A DNA stretch of 64,000 nucleotides, taken from an uncultured delta proteobacterium. Its GTDB lineage: Bacteria; Desulfobacterota; Binatia; UBA9968. Below the pieces are notes generated by a model that saw only the letters and a program-made list of their open reading frames with translations, was not told where the DNA came from and did no database searches. The position numbers were made by a program, and so were the translations under genes. The stretch spans positions 257,393 to 321,392 of the forward strand of contig CAVYDL010000001.1 of NCBI GenBank assembly GCA_963767275.1. Reading direction: 5' to 3'. Position 1 is the first letter of the stretch; every line of letters starts with the position of its first letter. This document shows, one piece after another, positions 1 to 9,659 of the stretch.

Positions 1-660
1 CTTTTTTGTACCAGCTTATAAACGGCTCGCGGCCGAAATAAGCCGCCACGGTTATCGCCCGGCACTGCACTTCGCCGCGTTCGAGAGCCAAGTCCTGATC
101 GGCGCCGCCGGGATAACCGGTGACGATTTGAAATTTTAAATTCAGCGTCTCTTCGAGCAGGCGCGGGAATCAAATGGCCGCTGGTGCCCACTCCCGTCGC
201 CGAACATTTCGGGCGCCTCTTTGGCCTTGCGAATGTCCTCGATGGATTTGAACGGCGCGTCGGCGCGCATGAATAACAACGTGCCGTTATGCTCCGGAGT
301 GCCGATCCAGGAAAACTTGGCCCAATCGAATTTGACTTCCTTGCCGCCGGTGAGCTGCGCCAAATAAAGCCCCGGGGCGATCGAACCGAGCGTCAGCCCA
401 TCGGGCTTGGCGACATTGTAAACGTGATTGGCCGCCACCATGGAGCCGGCTCCCGGCATATTTTGCACGACAAAGTTCGGATTGCCTGGGAGATGCTTGC
501 CCATATGGCGCGCATAAGCGCGCGCCCATAAATCATGAGTGTCGCCGGCCTGGTAGCCGACGATCAGGCGCACGGTCTTGCCTTGAAAATAGGAACTCTG
601 CGCGCCGGCGTCGGAGTGCGTCAGGAAAATGAATAACAGGATAACAGTGAGGTTTTTCAT
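1..660 (-). CDS. Bug/TctC-family periplasmic solute-binding protein. The 5' part is in frame at 142-660. An apparent frameshift lies near 170-180, and the C-terminal part continues in another frame to the window edge.
   Basis: N-terminus has a signal peptide followed by YFQGKTVRLIVGY...VVQNMPGAGSMVAANHVYNVAKPDGLTLG, the same architecture as the intact paralogs at 47478, 62124 and 38863. The reverse complement of 1-140 translates to LLEETLNLKFQIVTGYPGGADQDLALERGEVQCRAITVAAYFGREPFISW, which matches the paralogs' C-terminal TctC-like region. Confidence 0.6.
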
Positions 661-776
661 CGAAGTTAGAAAAAGCTGCGAGCGAGTCGTGGAGCGATGG
701 AATAATCAAGTGTTGCGGTTTGACAAACCCACCACTCAAAAACTTCATCAGCACCACGACTCCAATGTCAGTTGGC

Positions 777-2346
777 CTACTTTTTCGCCGGTGCCGGCTT
801 CTTGCCAATGGCGGCGAGCAAATCGCTATAAGGAACGATCCGGCCGTGGATCGGCACGATGCGGTCGACATCGATATTCAAGCGTCGGACGTTGGCCTCT
901 AGGTTAACCGAGTACGGATTGGGAACCTTGGGCGGCTCCGCTCCCGCCGCGAGCGGAGTAAACACATCGGCCTCGATCAGAAGTTTTTCCTTGCGCAAAT
1001 ATGCCATGATGATGCCATCGTGATGGGCGTTGCCGACGATCTGATAGAGCTCCACCGAGCGCGTGCCGTCGGTCAATACCATGTTGTCGCCCATGGTTTG
1101 AAACACCGGCTTTTTCTTTGACTTGGCCAAGCGATCCGGGTCGAGGTTCCAAGTATTACGGGCGGCGCGTTCGAAATACGGCCGGTTAACTTCGTGGGTA
1201 ACGATCGTGACGCCCTCGGCCGCGTAGGTACGGATTCCGGCAGCGTGATCGAAGTGATGGTGCGTGTTGACCAGATACTTGATCGGCTTGTTCGGCACCA
1301 GTTTCTTTACTTCTGCCATGACCGCCAGTTGGAGCGACGATCTCCCAGTGGGGCGCTTCGACGACGATCAAGATAATCTTTCATCTCGATCAGAACGCTG
1401 TAATGGGAGACGCCCGTGATATACCAAACCCCATCCGCCGCCTTCTCCGATTTCACCGGCATCGGGTCGTCACGAACATGGGCGGGAACTTGGATATCTA
1501 CCGGCGGATTGGCTCTGACGGCGGTAACCGTCAAATCCAAGGTCGGCTTGCCATCTTGATACTGAATGATCTTGGTCGGAAACTTAACCCCGGCAAAGTC
1601 GCGATAGGGGCCGTAATGGGTCACGACCTTGATATCGCCGACGACCGGATGGCCGTAAGATGATTCGACCCACTCGATGGCGTTCTGGTCGTTGGCGTAG
1701 GCAACCACCTTGTGTTTGCCCCGATCGGTAAATGAAATAATGGTCATCTGCCGCCCTTCGATCGTTTTCTTCGTGGCGCTCGCATTATTGGCAAACGCCG
1801 CGCGAAGTAGGCCGTGGGGCGAGATCACAATCTGATGGGCACCGGTCACTGGCCTCAAAAAGCCTCGGCTCCGTATTCTTTGCCGACCACGTTCCAGGCA
1901 GCTCGCCGCTGACGACGTAAACTGGTGTTTGCTCAGGTCCGACCGTGGCGTCTCGCCCGCCATGCGCACTGACGTCATCGCGCATCGTCCCAGCCGTGAA
2001 ATCGTAGACCCGGGTCAAGGTTTTCACGAAGAACCTCGGCCAAGGCGCGGCTGGACTCGTGCTCTCGCCAGGAATACATCGTGCCGTTGGCGGTAAACTG
2101 AAAGGTCTTGGTCGTCGACACGTCGAGAGCATCGGCGATGCGCTGAAGTTCAGTGTCCTGCGCCTCGGCGCGAAATCCCAAGAGCGCGAACAGCACGAGC
2201 GCAGCTAGGAGCTTGGTAAGCATAAACAGCCTCCTGATTTGTCGATGGAATCCTGGATCGACAACTTCATATGTCAGCCACAGGAAAGTTACAAGACAAA
2301 AAAAGACGCGAGACGCGGCCCATGCCGCGCTCGCGCCTTTGCCCAT
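777..2346 (-). pseudogene. Secreted MBL-fold metallo-hydrolase, paralog 1, broken into 4 reading frames (3 or more frameshifts near 1320-1370, 1850 and 1980-2130).
   Basis: Fragments 1975-2346 (signal peptide plus FTANG), 1785-2132, 1307-1978 and 777-1319 (HHHFDH metal motif) align collinearly with the single-frame paralog at 2358-3897. Confidence 0.6.
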
Positions 2347-2357
2347 TTACAAGGTGA

Positions 2358-3897
2358 CTACTTCGCCGGCGTCTTTTCCGTCGGGGCCTTTTCTGGCGGT
2401 GTCTTTGCCGCCGGTGCTTTTTCTGCGGGTGCTTTTTCCGGCGGTGGTTTTTTCGCCTCCGCCGGATCTTTGCCGATCGCTTTCATCAACTCGACGTACT
2501 GAACTACCGAACCATGGAGCGGTAAAATGCGCTCGACTTCGATGTTCAAGCGGCGCACGTTGGCTTCCAAGTTAACGGAGAACGGATCGGGTGTTTTGGG
2601 CACACTGCCGGGAGTGAAAGCGTCCGCTTCGATCAGCAGTTTCTCTTTGCGGAGGTACGCCATGACGATGCCATCATGGTGGGCGTTACCGACCATTTGA
2701 TAAAGCTCGACGGAACGCGTTCCATCGGTCAGCACCATATTGTCGCCCATGGCCTGGAAAACCGGCTTCTTTTTCGACTTCGCCAAACGATCGGGATTCA
2801 AGCTCCAGCTATTATTGGCAGCCCGTTCAAAAAGTGGCCGGTTAGCTTCGTGGGTCACGATGGTCACTCCGTCCGCAGCGTAGGCACGCACGCCGCCGGA
2901 GTGGTCGAAGTGATGATGGGAGTTGACCAAATACTTGATCGGCTTATTGGGCACCAGCTTCTTCACCTCGTCGATCACCGCCATCGAGCGGACATCACTG
3001 GACGGTGCTTCCACGACGATCAAATAGTCTTTCATCTCGATCAACACGGAATTATGCGAGTCGCCGCCGATAAACCAAACGCCGTCAGCGGTTTTTTCGG
3101 ACTTGACCGCCGTCGGCGTGCTGCGCACATTGGCCGGCACTTCGACATTGAAAGTCGGATTGGCGCGCACCGCCGTGACGACAACGTCCAAAGCCGGCAA
3201 GCCGTCCTGGTATTGCACGATTCGGGTGGGAAATTTGACTCCGGCAAAGTCGCGGTACGGGCCGTAGTTGGTCACGACTTTCATGTCGCCCACCACCGGA
3301 TGGCCGTAGCTCGACTCGATGCGCTCGATGGCATTCTGATCGTTGGCATAGGCGACGATCTTGCGCTTGCCCTGATCGGTAAACGAGACCACCGTCATCT
3401 CCCGCCCGTCGATCTTTTTCTTGGTTACGGCAGCATTGCTGGCAAACGCAGCCCGGACCACTCCGTGCGGCGAAGTCGCCAGGTCATGCGCCCGGGCGCT
3501 GGCCTCGTGGGGCCGGGCCGGCGTGTTTTTGCCGGCCTCATTCCAGGCGAGATCGCCGGCCGACCAAAGTTATGCTTTGCTGATCGCCCTCGAGCGGCTG
3601 ACCGCCGCCTCCGCTCGGAGGGTTCTCCCCCTGCGTGCGGACCATTTGTTGGCGCATGGCTCCAGCGGTGAAGTCGTACATGCGCGTCAAACTTTTTACG
3701 TAATATCTCGGATATGCCGCCATCGGGCTGGTCGATTGCCCGACCTGCCACATCTTGCCGTTAGCGGTGAACTGAAACGTTTTCGTCGTCGATACGTCTA
3801 ACGCGTCGGCGATCTGCTGGAGCGCCGTGTCCGCCGCCTCGGCTCTAAAACCACAAAGAAGCACCAACGCGAGCGCAGTAACAAACCTGTTTAACAT
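2358..3897 (-). CDS. Secreted MBL-fold metallo-hydrolase, paralog 2 (signal peptide, N-domain and HxHxDH domain), with one apparent -1/+1 shift near 3545-3555 and a C-terminal PEKAP-repeat tail.
   Basis: ORF 3538-3897 gives the signal peptide and N-domain. The frame of 2358-3461 stays open upstream as far as 3580 and carries the SHHHFDHSGG motif. Deleting one base in ggccggcg rejoins the two frames (LVGGDLAWNE). The C-terminus is KKPPPEKAPAEKAPAAKTPPEKAPTEKTPAK. Confidence 0.65.
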
Positions 3898-3956
3898 ACC
3901 ATCGCCTCCCTAATCTTAAGTTTATTAGGCAACCAATTCGCTATTCGGCGGCGACA

Positions 3957-4586
3957 TTATCCGATGAGCTTGGCCAGTGTCAATGTCTTTGCCGGCCTTT
4001 CATGCTCGACGTCTAATCCTTGAAGCGACCGATCCATACGCGCGAAAGCTTGAAGAAACTTCTTCACATGTTGACCGGTGTTGTCGTCAGTGAGCTTGCC
4101 GCTGGCATCGAATAGCGGCGCCGCGGAAGGAATTTTGATCTCCGGCTGGGACATGACATGGGTGTCGGTGAAGACAAACGATTGGCGCAGCGCATGCTGG
4201 CAACGAATCGTCCCGCCCAGCCCAGGAGAGCAGCCCATCAGCGCCGCCGGCTTGCGGTTGAGCACGCACTTGCCGCTCGGCCGGGACGCCCAGTCGATGG
4301 CGTTTTTTAATACCCCGGGCACACCGTAATTATATTCCGGCGAAACGATCAGCAGCGCGTCGGCAGCGGCGATAAACGCTTTCATAGCCGCCACCGGTTC
4401 CGGGTCGCCTTTGACGAATACATCGTCGTTGTACGGCGGGATATCACCCAGCCGGGTAAAAATCTGGACCTCCATCCCCGCCGGCGCCAGCTCCGCGGCC
4501 GCTCGCAGCAATCCTTTGTTTAGCGAAGCCTCGCGCAAACTCCCACAAATTCCGGCAATCCGTAGAGCCATCCGACCTCCAGGCAA
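3957..4586 (-). CDS. NADPH-dependent FMN reductase (ChrR/YieF/SsuE-like flavoprotein); probable true start at 4571.
   Basis: MALRIAGICGSLREASLNKGLL...IPPYNDD...AADALLIVSPEYNYGVPGVLKNAIDWASRP is the typical NADPH-dependent FMN reductase fold signature. Confidence 0.8.
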   Translation of the reverse strand: MPGGRMALRIAGICGSLREASLNKGLLRAAAELAPAGMEVQIFTRLGDIPPYNDDVFVKGDPEPVAAMKAFIAAADALLIVSPEYNYGVPGVLKNAIDWASRPSGKCVLNRKPAALMGCSPGLGGTIRCQHALRQSFVFTDTHVMSQPEIKIPSAAPLFDASGKLTDDNTGQHVKKFLQAFARMDRSLQGLDVEHERPAKTLTLAKLIG

Positions 4587-4646
4587 AAGTTAATCGAGAA
4601 CCATATAGGTTACAAACGACGGTAAGGTCAAGTAGGGGGGATATCC

Positions 4647-4790
4647 GTTCAAAAGTTCCAGGGTTCAAGGTTCAAGGTCGGAATTCAAGGTCACCGCGCC
4701 CGCCGGTCCGATTGAACCCTTGAACTTTGAACAACGTCGAAACCTAAACGATTGGACATTGGAACGATTGGAACGAGTTCAGGACTTTTG
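4647..4790. repeat. Intergenic array of tandem GTTCAA/TTGAAC hexamers (inverted halves, so potentially hairpin-forming).
   Basis: gttcaaggttcaaggtcggaattcaaggtc ... gaacccttgaactttgaacaacg ... ttggaacgattggaacg. Confidence 0.7.
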
Positions 4791-4791
4791 A

Positions 4792-5283
4792 CTAATTGAG
4801 ATAGCCACTGCCGCCGCCCTCGGCCTCTGCCACCGCTAAGTTGTGGCGCACGGCATCGAGATGTGGATGGATTTCCAACGCCCGGCGAAAGCATGTCGCC
4901 GCCTCGCGAAACTCACTCACCGTCAGATGACAAAGGCCTTGCCCCGCCGCCGCGCCGAAGTGATTGGGATTGCGCGCCAAGGTTTGCTGACAGTCGGCGA
5001 TCGAGCCTTTGAAATTTTTGCGCATATAGCGCACCGTCGCGCGCTTGTTCCAACCCTCGGCGAATGCCGGCAGTCTCTCGATCACGCTGCCGAACAACTC
5101 TTCCGCTTCTTCGAGCCGGCGGTTCTGCATGGCCTCGACGCCGGCGCGAAACAGCCGATCGCACTCAGCATCCGCCGAGCGGCACCAAAAGCCCCAAAGC
5201 ATCGCCTCCGCCGTCGCCGCCAACTCGGCGTCGTCGCCTTTCAAAGCGACCAGCGCTTCTTGTTCGTCGGTCGGGTAGGACAT
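4792..5283 (-). CDS. TPR-repeat protein.
   Basis: Repeated W-x-x-A/Y/F TPR-like helices (EGWNKRATVRYMRKNFKGSIADCQQTLARNPNHFGAAAGQGLCHLTVSEFREAATCFRRALEIHP). The opposite-strand ORF is Arg-rich and looks like an antisense artefact. Confidence 0.55.
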   Translation of the reverse strand: MSYPTDEQEALVALKGDDAELAATAEAMLWGFWCRSADAECDRLFRAGVEAMQNRRLEEAEELFGSVIERLPAFAEGWNKRATVRYMRKNFKGSIADCQQTLARNPNHFGAAAGQGLCHLTVSEFREAATCFRRALEIHPHLDAVRHNLAVAEAEGGGSGYLN

Positions 5284-5287
5284 GGGT

Positions 5288-6025
5288 TCAAGGCTCGATT
5301 TCTGGCGAGGAAGGCAGCAAACCGCGACTCCGCTTCGAACCTTGAAGCGAAATATTTTTGATCATCCATTGCGCCGCCTCCTCGACCGCATCGCTCAAGG
5401 CTTGTTCATCCGACTTGCGCGCGCTCTTGAGCATATGGAACGAATGATCGCCGCCCTGGACGACATGGAGCTCGGCTCCGAGTTGCTTGCACAGCGGCTT
5501 GAGCAGTTTCAAATCGGCCAAGCCGTCCCGCGAGCCCTGCAAAAACAGCATGGGAATATCGATGTTGGACAAATGCACGCCACGATCGGCGCCGGGCTTG
5601 CCCATGGCGTGGAGCGGAAAGCCGAAATAGATCAGCCCGCGCACTTCGGCCAACGGCTCATGGGACGCCGCCAACGAGGTCATGCGTCCGCCCATCGACT
5701 TGCCACCGGCAAATAGCGGCAACCCGTCGGATAATTTTAGCGCGGTCGCCACCGCCGCGCGCACCGTCTCCAACATCACCGCCTCGCTGTCCGGCCGCTT
5801 GATGCGCTTCTCCATGTAAGGGAACTGATAGCGGAAGGTTGCCACGCCGCGCGCAGCCAGCCCGGCTGCGCTGTCGTTCATGAACTTATGCCACATGCCC
5901 GCGCCGGCGCCATGGGCCAGCACCAATAGCGCTTTGGAATCCTCGGGCTTTTGCAACAGGCCGGTAACCACGCCGGCTTTAGCATTGATGATAAATTGTA
6001 TTTCTTTGACGCCTGGATGACTCAT
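5288..6025 (-). CDS. Alpha/beta hydrolase (dienelactone-hydrolase-like).
   Basis: LVLAHGAGAGMWHKFM...GGKSMGGRMTS nucleophile-elbow context and ...DHSFH. Confidence 0.65.
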   Translation of the reverse strand: MSHPGVKEIQFIINAKAGVVTGLLQKPEDSKALLVLAHGAGAGMWHKFMNDSAAGLAARGVATFRYQFPYMEKRIKRPDSEAVMLETVRAAVATALKLSDGLPLFAGGKSMGGRMTSLAASHEPLAEVRGLIYFGFPLHAMGKPGADRGVHLSNIDIPMLFLQGSRDGLADLKLLKPLCKQLGAELHVVQGGDHSFHMLKSARKSDEQALSDAVEEAAQWMIKNISLQGSKRSRGLLPSSPEIEP

Positions 6026-6043
6026 GCTGCTTTCATAGCATAA

Positions 6044-7321
6044 TCAAAACTTGAGCACACCCACTTGGTGCTTTTCTTGGTTCCAGGCGGCGAGCAAATA
6101 CCAGACAATCATCAGCAGCACAACTGCACCGACGGCCCAGGGCCAGCTAAAAAGTTGCGGCAAAAACACCGGCGTGCCCAGCTGACCAATCCACTCCATG
6201 CGTGTGAGCAACAAACGCATCGCCGATGCAGTAAGGGCAAAAAAAACCACGGCAATCCAAAGCTTCACATGCCCCTCGCCGGCGCGCCAGATCGATCCCG
6301 CGCCGCAGCCGCCGGCAAGCACCATGCCGATGCCGAAGATGACACCGCCGGTCAGAGCGCCGAACCAAAATGACGGGAACACCCACTCTGACGCGTCTTT
6401 TAAATCCGTGACTTTTAAAATCGCGAAGCCGATCACACCCATGACCAGCGCCAATGCCGCGCCGCGCGCATGCTCGCTTGCGCCGCTCATGAACGGCTCG
6501 CGAAAGGCGTTCACCAGACAAAAGCGCGAGCGCTGCAAGACGATGCCGAAAGCGCTGCCGAAGAATAAGAAAACTGCTAACCGGCCATGACCCATGAACT
6601 GATACGAATACCCCGCTACGAGCACGAGCATGAGCACCAATCCGCCAATCCCCGGTTGAAGCTTAAACGCCGTCGAGGTAACCGCCGGCCGCGGCGGCGC
6701 CTCGCAAGTTGCCATAAATGGCAATCTGCCGGACTCGATGACCTTGCCGTTCTCGCGGATCAGATAGCGCGTACCGATAAAGGCGCCGACAACTAGCCCC
6801 ATCATCATCGCCAATCCGCTCGCCGACAGCGCCGCTAGCGCGCTGAAAAACCCGCCGATGTTGCAGCCAAACGACAACACCGCACCCGCGCCCATGAGCA
6901 GACCGCCGAGCGCGCCTTTGATTAATTCCCTGCCAGGCGCCGGGCGCATGGCGAACTCACGGCTGAGCAACGCCGCTGCTAGCGCGCCGAGCAGCAAACC
7001 GATGTTCAACACCGAGCCGGAGTACAGTAGCGGCGGCAGCAAGTCCGGCTGATCGATGACGCCAAGCCAGTGGAACATGGAGTCGCCCCAGCTGCGCAAA
7101 CCATCCGACGCGGTCCATGGCTTGTCATAGGCGAAGAGAAAAACATTGAGGGCGGCAATTACCAGCGCCGAGGGCATCACCGGCCAGGGGCGGCCGAAGA
7201 TTTGATTATATTGATCGCGCAATACCGCGGCGAGGCTGCCAGGTTTGCCCGTCATAATGGCGGCAGGGCGCGCGATTCGCCCACAATAACCGGGGATTGA
7301 ATTCTCGACGCCGACAACCAT
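6044..7321 (-). CDS. YeeE/YedE-family sulfur-compound (thiosulfate-type) transporter with duplicated domains; likely start at M23 (7255).
   Basis: Two copies of the YeeE/YedE signature (GCNIGGFFSALAA ... AGGCGAGSIWRAG), highly hydrophobic, about 400 aa. Confidence 0.75.
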   Translation of the reverse strand: MVVGVENSIPGYCGRIARPAAIMTGKPGSLAAVLRDQYNQIFGRPWPVMPSALVIAALNVFLFAYDKPWTASDGLRSWGDSMFHWLGVIDQPDLLPPLLYSGSVLNIGLLLGALAAALLSREFAMRPAPGRELIKGALGGLLMGAGAVLSFGCNIGGFFSALAALSASGLAMMMGLVVGAFIGTRYLIRENGKVIESGRLPFMATCEAPPRPAVTSTAFKLQPGIGGLVLMLVLVAGYSYQFMGHGRLAVFLFFGSAFGIVLQRSRFCLVNAFREPFMSGASEHARGAALALVMGVIGFAILKVTDLKDASEWVFPSFWFGALTGGVIFGIGMVLAGGCGAGSIWRAGEGHVKLWIAVVFFALTASAMRLLLTRMEWIGQLGTPVFLPQLFSWPWAVGAVVLLMIVWYLLAAWNQEKHQVGVLKF

Positions 7322-7324
7322 GAA

Positions 7325-7669
7325 CTAGGAAAAATGCACATCGCTCTGGCCCTGATAAACTTTACCCTCGGTATCCGAAAAACTCACCGTCAGCTTGCCC
7401 GGCTTGTCGACTTTCAACGGAAAGGTAAAACTCGGATTCTGACTGACAGCCTGGGTCAGCTCCGTGCGCATCACTTCCTTGCCGTTGTACGCCACGGTCA
7501 TGGTATGAATAAATAGATAGTTCTTGGGAATAATCTTGTTCGCCTTATCGCGCTGGACGATCTCCATCGGATGGATCACCAGAGTGCGCACGCGAATCAC
7601 GTCGCCCTGCTTGATCGACGACGGCAAGCGAATACTGACTCTGCCTACCTCAGCCATAACTTTTCTCAA
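7325..7669 (-). CDS. soxZ: SoxZ thiosulfate-oxidation carrier subunit.
   Basis: VIRVRTLVIHPMEIVQRD...KIIPKNYLFIHTMTVAYNGKEVMRTELTQAVSQNPSFTFPLKV matches the SoxZ pattern (xHPMExG...IP...NGK.V...AVS.NP.F.F). Confidence 0.75.
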   Translation of the reverse strand: MRKVMAEVGRVSIRLPSSIKQGDVIRVRTLVIHPMEIVQRDKANKIIPKNYLFIHTMTVAYNGKEVMRTELTQAVSQNPSFTFPLKVDKPGKLTVSFSDTEGKVYQGQSDVHFS

Positions 7670-7674
7670 TCATT

Positions 7675-7725
7675 TTCCGAAAACGACTTGGACGTTTTGA
7701 ACGTCTGGAACGATTGGAACGCCGC
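7675..7725. repeat. TTGAAC-type intergenic repeat between soxZ and soxY.
   Basis: gacttggacgttttgaacgtctggaacgattggaacg. Confidence 0.6.
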
Positions 7726-7733
7726 GCCGCGGC

Positions 7734-8273
7734 TCAGCCCTGCGGCGGCAGATCACAGCCGCTGATGGTTACCCGCACATGCTTGCTCACCGCATAAAGC
7801 GTATCATCGCTCATCTCCGCGACCACGCGCACATCGGTGGAGGTCGCCAAACGCACGCTGGTGGCGACCGACGCCCGCCCCGACTCCGGCGTAAATGAGA
7901 ACTTCGCCAACATCGGCCGGCGGTTCTTGTCGGAAATAATATAAATACGCTTCACCTGCACCGCGCCGCTTACCGGCAAACTCGAGTCGATGGCGATCGC
8001 CACGCTACTGCCATCCTCGGCGATCTGCGGTAGTTCGACCTTAAGCTTGTCGTCACCGCTTTGGAATACGCGATTACCGAATAGCCGCTTCAAAGTCGCA
8101 TCGACCAGCTCGTCCGGCTGCGGCATGCCCAACGCGGCAACCTGAGCCTTTATCGTGCTTGGGATCAAAAGTTCTTTGAGCAAACCAGCGCCGCCAAGCA
8201 CGGTGACCAACACCCGTAGAAACCTTCTGCGACTCAGCACCGAAGAGTAAGCTACTGACTCGAATCGGCTCAT
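7734..8273 (-). CDS. soxY: SoxY-like sulfur-carrier protein with a Tat signal; the C-terminus is ...VTISGCDLPPQG, not the canonical GGCGG.
   Basis: MSRFESV...SRRRFLRVL twin-arginine motif. The body aligns to SoxY (VKRIYIISDKNRRPMLAKFSF...VRVTISGC). RBS-spaced ATG at 8271-8273. Confidence 0.7.
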   Translation of the reverse strand: MSRFESVAYSSVLSRRRFLRVLVTVLGGAGLLKELLIPSTIKAQVAALGMPQPDELVDATLKRLFGNRVFQSGDDKLKVELPQIAEDGSSVAIAIDSSLPVSGAVQVKRIYIISDKNRRPMLAKFSFTPESGRASVATSVRLATSTDVRVVAEMSDDTLYAVSKHVRVTISGCDLPPQG

Positions 8274-8414
8274 TATTGATCCGCGCATCGACTGTAATTT
8301 AGTAAATATGACTAAACCAATCAACTAGGTTTGATTTTACTTGACTTAGCCTGGGCGTTTGGTTATTCACGAAAACGACTCAACCAAACCGATCAAACTT
8401 TTGTGGAGATATCC

Positions 8415-9659
8415 ATGTCTAGATTCACGCGTAGAAGATTTCTCCAGGTTAGCGGCATGGGCGTCGCCGCGCTCAGCGCGGCGCGAGTGCCGGTGTTCGG
8501 CCAGGCGCGGCGCCGTGTCCTGGTCATCGGCGGCGGCTGGGGCGGCGCCACTGCGGCGAAGTATGTTCGTCTCACTGACCCGTCGATCGAAGTCACTGTG
8601 CTTGAACCTAACAAGGAATTCATTTCCTGTCCCTTCAGCAACCTCGTCGTGGCCGGCGTCGAATCGCTGAAGAGCCTGACCCTGAACTATAACGGCCTGA
8701 GAAAACATGGCGTGAAAATTCGCCATGAGGCTGCCGCCGCCATCGAGCCGGACAAGAAGCGCGTGCGCGTCGGCAGGGATTCACTCGAATACGACCGATT
8801 GATAGTTTCGCCGGGCGTCGATTTTCAGTGGGAACTGATCGACGGCTTGGCGCAGGCCAAAGACAAAGTACTCCACGCCTGGAAAGCCGGACCGCAGACC
8901 GTGCAGTTGGCCCAGCAGCTACAGTCCATGGCCGATGGCGGCGTTGTCGTCATGACCGTGCCGCCGGTCGCCTATCGATGCCCGCCCGGCCCCTACGAAC
9001 GGGCATCGATGATCGCTTGGTTGCTGAAAACCAAGAAACCCAAATCGAAATTGATCGTCCTCGACGCCAACAAAGACATCGTCTCAAAGACCGGGCTGTT
9101 CAAAGCGATATTCAAGGAATATGACGCCAACATCGAATACCGCCCAGCGCAAAAGGCCGAGAAGATCGATGTCGGCGCCAGAGAGATCACCACGGATACG
9201 GGCGACAAAGTGAAGTACGACGTGGTCAATGTCATTCCGCCGCAGCGCGCCGGCGCCATCGCCGTCGACGCCGATCTGGTCAGCGGCGACAAGCGCTGGT
9301 GCGAAGTCGATCATGTGAGTTATGAATCGCTGAAGCAGAAAAACATTCATGTCGTCGGCGACGCGACGATCGGCTTGCCCGTGCCCAAATCGGGCAACGT
9401 CGCCAACGCCATGGGAAAAATTTGCGCCGTCGCCGTTGCCAATTTGTTAAACGGCAAAGAGGCGCCGCAGATCGCTCCGGGCAACACCTGCTACAGTTGG
9501 GTCAGCGACAAGGAAGCGATCGCGGTGGTCAACGCGTATAAGATCGAAAACGGCAAGGTCGTTCAGATCGAGCAAAAACTCACACCGGGCAAGAGCGTCG
9601 GCACGGCGCAAAACTCGCTTTCCTGGCGCGCCAGCATCTGGAACGACATGTTAGGATGA
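8415..9659 (+). CDS. fccB: Flavocytochrome c sulfide dehydrogenase flavoprotein subunit (FccB/SoxF-like FAD oxidoreductase) with a Tat signal.
   Basis: MSRFTRRRFLQVSGMGVAALSAA, then VLVIGGGWGGATAAKY (FAD Rossmann) ...EPNKEFISCPFSN...CPPGPYER. RBS ggagat 7 nt upstream of the ATG at 8415. Confidence 0.8.
   Translation: MSRFTRRRFLQVSGMGVAALSAARVPVFGQARRRVLVIGGGWGGATAAKYVRLTDPSIEVTVLEPNKEFISCPFSNLVVAGVESLKSLTLNYNGLRKHGVKIRHEAAAAIEPDKKRVRVGRDSLEYDRLIVSPGVDFQWELIDGLAQAKDKVLHAWKAGPQTVQLAQQLQSMADGGVVVMTVPPVAYRCPPGPYERASMIAWLLKTKKPKSKLIVLDANKDIVSKTGLFKAIFKEYDANIEYRPAQKAEKIDVGAREITTDTGDKVKYDVVNVIPPQRAGAIAVDADLVSGDKRWCEVDHVSYESLKQKNIHVVGDATIGLPVPKSGNVANAMGKICAVAVANLLNGKEAPQIAPGNTCYSWVSDKEAIAVVNAYKIENGKVVQIEQKLTPGKSVGTAQNSLSWRASIWNDMLG

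Noticed and set aside
2676-3671. 331-aa plus-strand ORF (also 3421-3801)
   Set aside because: It lies antisense to the MBL hydrolase gene. It is Arg/His-rich and of low complexity with no domain signature, the typical spurious reverse-frame ORF of a GC-rich gene.
4647-4790. TTGAAC arrays as classical rho-independent terminators, or as coding sequence
   Set aside because: They lack a GC-rich stem followed by a U tract, and no ORF spans them. They are reported as a repeat family instead.
4843-5361. 172-aa plus-strand ORF competing with the TPR gene
   Set aside because: The minus-strand product has regular TPR-like helical repeats. The plus-strand product is an Arg-rich, low-complexity antisense translation.
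7734-7775. SoxY canonical GGCGG tail hidden by a frameshift
   Set aside because: All three frames across the 3' end were translated and none gives GGCGG. The noncanonical tail is therefore reported as is.
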